Assembly: GCA_964016885.1 (NCBI GenBank)
Contig: OZ024741.1
Location: forward strand, 339,078,001-339,142,000
From: Eledone cirrhosa
Taxonomy: Eukaryota
Direction of reading: 5' to 3'
DNA length: 64,000 bases
This document shows, one piece after another, positions 52,595-64,000 of this stretch (within the stretch, counting starts at the first letter, position 1; every line of letters starts with the position of its first letter). Made by a program: the position numbers and the translations under genes. The notes beneath the pieces are model-generated. The model saw only the letters and a list, made by a program, of their open reading frames with translations. It searched no databases and was not told the origin of the DNA.

Positions 52595-52865
52595 ATACTT
52601 GGGGAGGGTCATATTGTTGTAATAGCATTGCCAGAATTAATAACAGAACACACTCACTGTTTGGTTGATTTTTGCTTCTGTATCTTTTATATCAGTTAAT
52701 TCATTCAGTCCTCAAAGTTTACCATTGACTGACCAACGGTCAAAAATACAGATATAATATAGATATAAACACATATTTATAGTCTAACAAAGTTCTTTCA
52801 TTGCACATCTGCAAGTATAACAATATTTGTTTCGACACACGATTTCATATAAAAACCTCACAATA
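52588..52865. mobile_element. Fold-back fragment related to the Penelope 3' terminus
   Basis: ATTGTTATACTTGGGGAGGGTCAT matches 5171-5194; 52813-52847 matches the reverse complement of ~5148-5182. Confidence 0.65.
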
Positions 52866-53065
52866 TATATATATATATATGTATTTTTATATTATGGAAA
52901 TTACATGGAAATGTAGTATATTCCTTCCTAGGTATTCAGAGTTTCCTGAAGCAAGCTAATGTTATTGAAGCTTCTATTCAGTGATGATTATTTAATTAAG
53001 TCCCTTTTGGATACACATAAATGCACACACACATACAGCATCTGTACATATGCACACACGCACAT

Positions 53066-53821
53066 ACATTGATAAGTAGAAGAGAGGACAATACTCTGAT
53101 TCCATCAGGGAAATGGCCATGTTCGATATGTAGGAAAGGAACTGGCATAAATTCCATAAAATGTACGCAATGCAGATTTTGGGTACACAAGAGATGTAGT
53201 GGGATAGCAGGCAAACTAACAGGTAGGAAAAATTACGTATGCAGTAGATGTACAGGGAAAGTTGGCAGTAAAATCACTGTGATAGACTCATTTTTCCAAT
53301 ACAAGTGGGTTCTATAGAAATGGTTGATAGCTTCCGGTACCTAGGTGATCAGATTAGCATGGGAGAGGGGGGGGGGTGTTCCGAGGCCATAGTATCTAGA
53401 ATAAGGACGGGTTGGAAGCAGTTTAGGGAGCTGCTTCCTCTGTTGACAAAGAAAGGTTTCTCCCTGCATACGAAAGGACAGTTATATGATGCCTGGAGAG
53501 AAATGAAGCAAGTATGCTCCATTGGATGTGCAATGTCAATGTGCGTGAAGAAGGCTGAGATGGTATGGACATGTGATGCGCATGGAGGATGACCGATGGG
53601 TGAAGAAGTGCCAGGAAATCCCAATGGAGGGAAGACGCATTAGAGGTAGACCATGATAAACATGGGCGGAGATGGTGAGAGCAGACCTCAGATCGCTGAA
53701 ACTCACCGAGGCGATGACGAAGGACCGTGACAAGTGGAGAGATGCTGTGCTGAATAGGACCCGTCCAACCCTTGCAAGCAGAGAAAAGCAGACGTAAAAT
53801 GATGATGATGATGATGATGAT
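53066..53821 (+). mobile_element. RTE LINE, second subfamily, 3' fragment with internal deletions
   Basis: SGKWPCSICRKG..CTQC..HKRC..CSRC, DSFRYLG; very short 3' end plus (GAT)n. Confidence 0.9.
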
Positions 53822-54289
53822 ACACACACACATATATATGCATATATTCACACTCACACATACACACACAAGTGAAATGCAAAGAAAAGACAAATGCAAG
53901 TGGCAACGTGCCTCTCACATCTAGGAAGCATGACAGCCATATGTAAACATAGGAAGTATGTAAACTGCATCATGTAAATTTGCCTGTTGGAGTAGGAAAC
54001 CATATGGTAACCAATTATGTAAATTTCTGTATGTAATTAATAAACAGTTGATTAGAAAGAAGTATAAAATAATGGAAGTATTTAAAATTAAAAAAATAAA
54101 TAAAAGGGGGAAAGGGAAGGGGCCAAGTTTATACTGTTGGCTTTGTGGTACATATCAGCTGAACCCGAGGACAGGATAGAGAAAGAATTGCTGTGAAGAA
54201 CAGACACAAGACACAACACCTACGGAATCAACCATTCAAACTCATTGAGCTCCTTCCTCAGGTATGAGGCACCTCTCCAGATTTTAGAG

Positions 54290-54505
54290 AGGATAACAGC
54301 AGTCTGGGGACCAAGGATACAGGAGATCTCCACAACAATAGCAATCTAAGGATCAAGGATATAGGAGGTCCCCATAGCAGCAGTTGAGGGATCAAGGATA
54401 CAATAGGTCTCCATAGCAACGGCAGTCTGGAAACCAAGGATACAGCAGATTTCCATAGCAACGGCAGTCTGGGGACAGAAAATACAGGAGGTCTCCATAG
54501 CAACT
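54290..54505 (+). repeat. 39-42 bp minisatellite, ~5 diverged copies
   Basis: GGATACAGGAGGTCTCCATAGCAACGGCAGTCTGGGGACCAA-like units. Confidence 0.8.
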
Positions 54506-54609
54506 GGTATAAATAGAAAGCAGTCGGTCAAAGCCTGGTATTTGGTTATCCATGTGTGTGCCTGTGTGTGCCATGTGTGTGAGTGTGTATATAAATAAAT
54601 GTGTGCGTG

Positions 54610-54648
<39 letters not shown>

Positions 54649-55125
54649 CTGTGTGTGTGTGTGTAAGATAAATTTAATGCAAAAATAAGTAGAATATAAT
54701 ATAGGTCTCACTGTGAAAATTTAAACAAATATGGAAAACAACCTGTCATTCATTTTGTATATAGAAAATCATAGGCCTTTGTACATGTTTCATAGATAAT
54801 TGGCTGTTCATCAGATAACCTTATTCCTTCATCTACAAACAGAGATATACTCAAAAGCTACATATATCAAACGCAAACTAGGTCTTAACTAGTAGCATGG
54901 AATGTGGACATGAGATCATGATGCTGATATGAATATATGCTGATATGAATATACATATAGAGAGAGGTAACTAGCCGAAACCACATGGACTCGCGATTGA
55001 CCCTCTACTTCACTAATATTCACACTTGACATCTTATCATGTGTCAAGTACTACTCTGATTTGTGGTCTTCCTGGTATATGTACTGTCGACACTCCGTGT
55101 GTATGTGTGTATATATATATATACA

Positions 55126-55617
55126 CACACACTTACACCTCTCTAAGACAATGTCACTGGACTGAGAGCTTTGGCGCTACGCAGTAATACAGAAGACCCG
55201 CCTTGCCTAAGTACAAAGCGAAACCTACAGTCAGTAGGCACCTCTTAACCAAATATATACCCCATCCCACTACCCCTACTCCACCCCCACCCCATCAACA
55301 CCACCCCTTCCTCTGTAAAGTTATGTTGGTACCACAACATCCAGTCCAAAATAAATGAGGTCGTGTAGGTGTCACGACAAAAAAACACACAGTCCACGCT
55401 GTAATGTGGCCATGTAGGTAACACGGTAAAAACCTCCCAGTTCCACATTGTAAACGTGGTTGGTGTTAGGAAGGGCATCCAGCCGTAGAAAACCTGCCAG
55501 ACAGTCCTATACGAGTGAGACACGGACACCTGACTAATCTTGCTTCAAGTAGGACAATTCCCGTCTAAACCCATGCTAGCATGGAAGATAGACGTTAAAC
55601 GTATGATGATGATGATG

Positions 55618-55619
<2 letters not shown>
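55126..55619 (+). mobile_element. RTE LINE 3' fragment
   Basis: Matches 48168-48640. Confidence 0.92.
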
Positions 55620-55648
<29 letters not shown>

Positions 55649-55655
55649 AAGAGAG

Positions 55656-55925
55656 AGGCACGTGGCCTAGTGGTAAGGGTGTTGGACTTACGATCATAAT
55701 GTTGTGGGTTTGATTCCTGGGTTCTGTGTTGTGTTCTTAGGCAAAGCACTTCATTTCCCGTGGCCCCAGTATACTCAGCTGAAAATGAGTACCAGCAATA
55801 GCTGGGCGTTTAGTCTTGCAATGGACTGGTATCCTGTCTTGTACTCTCAATCGCTTCATGCTATGAAACCGGGATAAGCACCGGCCAAATGAGACTTCTA
55901 GCATAAGAGAGACTTTAGACTTTAG
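55656..55925 (+). mobile_element. SINE family C (tRNA-derived)
   Basis: A box TGGCCTAGTGG, B box GGTTTGATTCC. Middle shared with family A (TGTGTTGTGTTCTTAGGCAAAGCACTT..ACTCAGCTG); different tail ..GCTTCATGCTATGAAACCGGGATAAGC..(AGACTTT)2. Confidence 0.82.
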
Positions 55926-56041
55926 ATATAAAACATATATACATATATATATATATGTGTGTCTAACTCATGCTAGCGTGGAAGATGGACGTTAAACGAA
56001 GATGATGATGATGATGATGATGATAAATATATATATGCTGA

Positions 56042-56325
56042 TTGCTACTTCTTGTCATGACCTCTGTCTTTTTTATACTAATTTTTAGCCCAAACACAGT
56101 GCATGCATTGGAAAAGCTGCCCGCTATCAATTGCATGTCCTCTACTGTACGAGTCACAAAATCTGCATTGTCACTCACTATACAGGAACTCCCTAACATG
56201 AATACCAAATATTTTGGACTTGGTGTTAAACTGTCTTGGATTAAAGACTTTGCCAGATGTCCTAATTCATAAGTATACACTGATTCTGAAGTCTTGGAAG
56301 ACATATGTCAGCAGCATGGCAAAGT
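56042..56325 (-). mobile_element. Decayed RTE/BovB-type RT fragment
   Basis: DNADFVTRTVEDMQLIAGSFSNACTVFGLKISIKKTEVM, the region downstream of the (F/Y)ADD motif. Confidence 0.75.
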
Positions 56326-56332
56326 ATGCATG

Positions 56333-56392
<60 letters not shown>

Positions 56393-56795
56393 AAAATGAC
56401 AAACTCAGAGATACGAAACAATTAATGTTCAGGCTTTGGATGAAAGAGAGAAAAAGGAATTCAGTGTATCAGACTTTAGCCCTTCATTAGGAGAGTACAT
56501 ATGTGTGTGTATATATATATATATATATATACACACACAAGCAGGATGACCCACCAAAATGTATACACACTTCAACAGCATTCTAATCAAAGTGTGTATA
56601 TATATTTTTGGGGACGGCCTCTCTATCTCTCTCTCTCTCTATATATATATACATATATATACATATATATACATATATATATATTTAATATAGAAATGGC
56701 TTCTACAGGACTAGAACTGTTTCATTCAAAGAGTATCAGGAAAGCCCTTACTGAGTACTTTACTTACTGTGGTTACCCTCGATTTATCCCGGGAT

Positions 56796-56831
<36 letters not shown>

Positions 56832-57624
56832 TAATGAAATTGTTAAAGTGTTCTATTCCATTTGAGGTTGATCAAATAAAGTATCAAACTAAGATGGTTG
56901 ATTAATAAAATTGCTATGGTATTGTAGTATTTTTCTGGCTCTTCATGTTTTGAGTTGAAATCCTGCTTTTGACCTTTTGGTTGATAAACTTTATCCTTGG
57001 TTTCCGTTAAAATTACCACCTGGTCCTTGAGTGCCTTCAGCAGAGTCTATCTATTCTGTTACAAGCATTCAGGCCAAAAATCCAATCCAGTTTGAGGACA
57101 TCTTTCTCTGCCCTCTCTCTTAGCTCTAGTACATTGTGTGCCTTGGAAAGGCACCTAGGGTCTGCACATCCTTCATTAACTAGACAGTAAAAACAAACAA
57201 CAAACAAACAAAAAACCCCTAAACATCAAAACATATGACACACACAACCTGATAATCACACCTGTCTCTTACCCATTACACACTCAGAACAATAACATAA
57301 AAACATCCTCAAACCCCTAAACATGCTATACATTATGTAAGCTAGATTTCCACTGAAAATAAGATTCTTTTTTTCCCGATCTCTCAGCTGACGAGTCACC
57401 AAGATGCAGCCATGACTGGTTCTGACCGAATTAAAGAAAAAGAGCTAGTAGCCATTGTCCCTGAACGTTTCAGCGAAAAGTCATCGATGTCCACTCATGC
57501 CGATAGTGGACATAGCAGGAATGCAGGCAACACTGAACATTATGAAGAGTTACCAGGTATATGTTGATCATCAGAATGAGACAATAGTGCTTGTGATGTA
57601 AACATAAATCTCAATGTATGAATG

Positions 57625-58130
57625 TATGTGTGTGTTTGTGTGAGTGTGTTTGTGTGTGCGTTTGTGTGTGTGTGTGAGTGTGTGAGTTTGTGTGTTTGTT
57701 TGAGTGTGTGTGTGTGTTTGAGTGTGTGATTGTGTGTTTGTGTGAGTGCGTGTTTGTGTGTGTGCGTGAGTGTGTGTTTGTGTGTGTGTGTTTGTGTGAG
57801 TGCATGTTTGTGTGTGTGTGAATGTGTATGTGTGAGTGTGTGTCTGTGTGTGTGTGTGTGAGAGTGTGTGTGTATGTGTGTTTGTGTGTATGTGTGGATG
57901 TGTACCTCTTCATACCTGAACACAGCCTATTTCTGAGAGAAAACGAGAGAGAGAGAGAGAGAGGGAGAGAGAGAGTGAGTGAGAGAGAGAATAAGAGTGA
58001 GAAAGAGTGAAAGAGAGAGTGAGAGAGAAAGAGAGAGTGAGAGAGTGAGAAAGAGAGTGAGAGAGAGAGAAAGAGAGTGGGAGAGAGAAAGAAAGTGAGA
58101 GAGAAAGAGAGTGAGAGAGAGAGAGAGTGA
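57625..58130 (+). repeat. (GT)n-rich then (GA)n-rich microsatellites
   Basis: Seen directly. Confidence 0.93.
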
Positions 58131-58195
58131 GCGGATGGTAATATCTTGTTTTGCTCTCTAGTCAATCCTTACCTAAACATAAATGACAAGAAAAG

Positions 58196-61100
58196 CAACA
58201 CCACCAACAACACCAACAACACCAACAACACCAACACCAACAACACCAACAACACCACCAACAACACCACCAACAACACCAACAACACCAACAACAACAC
58301 CAACACCAACAACACCAACACCACCAACAACACCACCAACAACACCACCAACAACACCACCAACACCAACACCAACAACACCAACAACACCACCAACAAC
58401 ACCACCAACACCACCAACAACACCACCAACAACACCACCAACAACACCAACAACACCACAAACAACACCACCAACAACACTAACAACACCAACAACACCA
58501 ACACCACCAACAACACTAACAACACCAACAACACCAACACCACCAACAACACCAACAACACCAACAACACCAACACCACCAACAACACCAACAACACCAA
58601 CACCACCAACAACACCAACAACACCAACACCACCAACAACACCAACAACACCAACACCACCAACAACACCAACACCACCAACAACACCACCAACACCACC
58701 AACAACACTAACAACACCAACAACACCAACACCACCAACAACACCAACAACACCAACACCACCAACAACACCAACAACACCAACACCACCAACAACACCA
58801 ACAACACCAACACCACCAACAACACCAACACCACCAACAACACCAACAACACCAACACCACCAACAACACCACCAACAACACCACCAACACCAACACCAA
58901 CAACACCACCAACAACACCACCAACACCACCAACAACACCACCAACAACACCACCAACAACACCAACAACACCACAAACAACACCACCAACAACACTAAC
59001 AACACCAACACCACCAACACCACCAACAACACCAACAACACCAACAACAACACCAACACCACCAACAACAGCACCACCACTAACAACAACACCAACACCA
59101 CCAACAACAGCACCACCAACACCACCAACACCACCAACAACACCAACAACACCAACAACACCAACAACAACACCAACAACACCAACAACAACACCAACAA
59201 CACCAACAACACCAACAACACCACCAACAACACCACCAACAACAACACCAACAACACCAACAACACCAACGACACCAACAACAACACCAACAACACCAAC
59301 AACAACACCAACAACAACACCAACAACACCAACAACACCAACAACACCAACAACACCACCAACAACACCACCAACAACACCAACAACACCAACAACACCA
59401 ACACCACCAACAACACCACCAACAACACCACCAACAACAACACCAACACCACCAACAACACCAACGACACCAACACCACCAACAACACCAACACCACCAA
59501 CAACACCAACACCACCAACAACACCAACAACACCAACAACACCAACACCACCAACAACACCAACAACACCAACACCACCAACAACACCAACGACACCAAC
59601 AACACCAACACCACCAACAACACCAACAACACCAACAACACCAACAACACCAACAACACCAACAACAACACCAACACCAACAACACCAACACCACCAACA
59701 ACACCAACACCACCAACAACACCAACACCACCAACAACACCAACACCACCAACAACACCAACAACACCAACACCACCAACAACACCAACAACACCAACAA
59801 CACCAACACCACCAACAACACCAACAACACCAACAACACCAACAACACCACCAACAACACCACCAACAACAACACCAACAACACCAACAACACCAACACC
59901 ACCAACAACACCACCAACAACACCACCAACAACAACACCAACACCACCAACAACACCAACGACACCAACACCACCAACAACACCAACACCACCAACAACA
60001 CCAACACCACCAACAACACCAACAACACCAACAACACCAACACCACCAACAACACCAACAACACCAACACCACCAACAACACCAACGACACCAACAACAC
60101 CAACACCACCAACAACACCAACAACACCAACAACACCAACAACACCAACAACACCAACAACAACACCAACACCAACAACACCAACACCACCAACAACACC
60201 AACACCACCAACAACACCAACACCACCAACAACACCAACACCACCAACAACACCAACAACACCAACACCACCAACAACACCAACAACACCAACAACACCA
60301 ACACCACCAACAACACCAACAACACCAACAACACCAACAACACCACCAACAACACCACCAACAACAACACCAACAACACCAACAACACCAACACCACCAA
60401 CAACACCACCAACAACAACACCAACACCACCAACAACACCAACGACACCAACACCACCAACAACACCAACACCACCAACAACACCAACACCACCAACAAC
60501 ACCAACAACACCAACAACACCAACACCACCAACAACACCAACAACACCAACACCACCAACAACACCAACGACACCAACAACACCAACACCACCAACAACA
60601 CCAACAACACCAACAACACCAACAACACCAACAACACCAACAACAACACCAACACCAACAACACCAACACCACCAACAACACCAACACCACCAACAACAC
60701 CAACACCACCAACAACACCAACACCACCAACACCAACACCACCAACAACACCAACGACACCAACAACACCAACACCACCAACAACACCAACAACACCAAC
60801 AACACCAACAACACCAACAACACCAACAACACCAACACCACCAACAACACCAACAACACCAACGACACCAACAACACCAACACCACCAACAACACCAACA
60901 CCACCAACAACACCAACAACACCAACACCACCAACAACACCAACAACACCAACAACACCAACACCACCAACAACACCAACAACACCAACAACACCAACAA
61001 CACCACCAACAACACCACCCAACAACACCAACAACACCAACAACACCAACACCACCAACAACACCACCAACAACAACACCAACACCACCAACAACACCAA

Positions 61101-62871
61101 CGACACCAACACCACCAACAACACCAACACCACCAACAACACCAACACCACCAACAACACCAACAACACCAACAACACCAACACCACCAACAACACCAAC
61201 AACACCAACACCACCAACAACACCAACGACACCAACAACACCAACACCACCAACAACACCAACAACACCAACAACACCAACAACACCAACAACACCAACA
61301 ACAACACCAACACCAACAACACCAACACCACCAACAACACCAACACCACCAACAACACCAACACCACCAACAACACCAACACCACCAACACCAACACCAC
61401 CAACAACACCAACGACACCAACAACACCAACACCACCAACAACACCAACAACACCAACAACACCAACAACACCAACAACACCAACAACAACAACACCACC
61501 AACAACACCAACACCACCAACAACACCAACACCACCAACAACACCAACACCACCAACAACACCAACAACACCAACACCACCAACAACACCAACGACACCA
61601 ACAACACCAACACCACCAACAACACCAACAACACCAACAACACCAACAACACCAACAACACCAACAACAACACCAACACCAACAACACCAACACCACCAA
61701 CAACACCAACACCACCAACAACACCAACAACACCAACACCACCAACAACACCAACAACAACACCAACACTACCAACAACAACACCAACACCACCAACAAC
61801 ACCAACACCACCAACAACACCAACAACACCAACACCACCAACAACACCACCAACAACACCACCAACAACACCACCAACAACAACACCAACACCACCAACA
61901 ACACCAACACCAACACCACCAACAACACCACCAACAACACCACCAACAACAACACCAACACCACCAACAACACCACCAACAACATTAACAACAACACCAA
62001 CAACAACACCAACACCACCAACAACAACACCAACACCACCAACAACACCAACAACAACACCACCAACAACACCACCAACAACAACACCAACACCACCAAC
62101 AACAACACCAACACCACCAACAACAACACCAACACCACCAACAACAACACCAACACCACCAACAACAACACCAACACCACCAACAACACCAACACCACCA
62201 ACAACACCACCAACAACAGCACCAACAACACCAACAACACCAACAACAACACCAACACCACCAACAACACCAACACCACCAACAACAGCACCAACAACAC
62301 CAACAACACCAACAACAACACCAACAACACCAACAACACCAACAACAACACCAACACCACCAACAACAACATCAACAACAACACCAACACCACCAACAAC
62401 AACACCATCACCACCACCAACAACAACACCAACACCACCAACAACAACACCAACAACAACACCAACACCACCAACAACAACACCAACACCACCACCAACA
62501 ACACCAACAACACCAACAACACCAACAACAACACCAACACCACCAACAACAACACCAACAACAACACCAACACCACCAACAACAGCACCACCACCAACAA
62601 CACCAACAACACCAACACCACCAACAACACCAACACCACCAACAACAGCACCACCACTAACAGCAATGTAACCAACATCACCAATACACCACCACTGCCA
62701 CTACCCCCCCCCCCCCATACCATCACAGCCACTACCTCCACCACCACCACCACCACCACCACCGCCACCACCACCACCACCACCACCACCACCACCACTG
62801 CCACTACCTCCACCACCACCACCACCACCACCACCACCACCACCAACAACAATAACAACAACAACAACAAA
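58196..62871 (+). repeat. 4.7-kb (AAC/ACC)n array with higher-order repeats
   Basis: Rare GAC triplets recur at offsets of ~495, ~483 and ~658 bp. Confidence 0.95.
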
Positions 62872-62939
62872 TGACAAATAAAGAATTTCTGAAACTATAT
62901 ATTTTGATCTTGTTAACAAGGAATGTAGGAAAGTGGTTA

Positions 62940-63572
62940 GACATACATATACATAGATACATACACATATATATATACATTCAAACACACATACAGAGAT
63001 ACATACATACATACATACATACATACATACATACATACACATACATACAAATATACAGAGATACATACACACACACACATATATATATATATATACATAT
63101 ATACACATGCACACATACATACATATACATAGATACATACTTACATACATACAAACACACACATGCATACATACATACATATACAGAAATACATACATAC
63201 ATATATACCTATACAGGAATACATACATACATACATTCACACATACATACATATACAAAGATACATATGTACATAGATATATAAACACATACATAAATAA
63301 TACAATACACACACTCACACGCACGTGTGTGTGTACATATGTGTATATGTGTCAGTGTACATGTATGTATGTATGTGTGTGTGTGTGTATGTGTGTGTGC
63401 CTGTGTATGTGTGTGTACATGTACAGGTGTGTGGGTGTGTGTACATGTCCGTGTGTGTGTATGTGTGTACGTGTGTGTGTATGAATGTGTGTGTGTGTAC
63501 ATGTGTACGTGTGCGTGTGTATGTATGAGTGTGTACATGTGTGTGTGCGTGTACGTGTGTGTGTGTGTGTGT
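62940..63572. repeat. (CATA/CA)n switching to (TG/TATG)n microsatellites
   Basis: Seen directly. Confidence 0.9.
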
Positions 63573-63719
63573 ATATTCTATATTTCTGATTTTACCGTTA
63601 AATTTTTACTTTTTTGGAATATGTGGAATTTTCCATTTTCTTTGTGTCATTTTTTTTTCAATATAAAAGCTGGTAATAAATTATATGAAATTTATGAAAA
63701 TGGAGTATTACAACAACAA

Positions 63720-63946
63720 CAATAATAATGATTCCTTATATAGGCACAAGGCCAGCAATTTTGGGGGAGGGGAAATTCGATTAAATCGACCCTACTGCGT
63801 GACTGGTACTTTATTTTATCGACTCCGTAAGGATGACAGGCAAAATTAACCTCAGCAGGATTTGAACTCAGAAGGTAAAGGGCCATAACTCTATGCTGCA
63901 AAGCATGGCATCTGACGCTCTACCGATACTGCCAGTCCACTGCGCT
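63720..63946 (-). mobile_element. SINE family B copy
   Basis: Reverse complement of the 21931-22150-type copy. Confidence 0.82.
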
Positions 63947-64000
63947 AATAATAAAAATAATAATGCTTTATTTTATAGGCCTCAAGGGGACAATACAAGA

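Noticed and set aside
58146-62874. 1280-1565 aa N/T/P/V ORFs as real proteins
   Set aside because: Stop-free because of AAC/ACC composition; no domains or synonymous variation. Kept only as a low-interest check.

Overview
This is eukaryotic, extremely repeat-rich DNA with no confidently identifiable host gene. The repeat content resembles an Octopus/cephalopod genome (inference). It contains a 40-41 bp G-rich minisatellite, multi-kb GTT/AGT/AAC trinucleotide arrays and many (TA)n tracts. It also holds about 7 5'-truncated RTE LINEs carrying a PHD-type finger inside the RT, three tRNA-derived SINE families and a hAT-like remnant. One decayed Penelope-like element (RT + GIY-YIG, Naiad/Neptune-like) has an 800-bp inverted terminal duplication. 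The main signal is a set of hammerhead ribozymes (type I, mostly with a minimal palindromic stem III) carried by at least 9 different (TA)n-embedded elements, most with a Penelope-style fold-back or partial-tandem structure. These include a near-perfect 7.5 x 310-bp retrozyme array beside the Penelope element and a sister family with a U3-A8 covariant catalytic core. The Penelope GIY-YIG has an in-frame UGA at a CxxC cysteine position (possible selenocysteine). All calls were made by eye; no folding software or database search was run.
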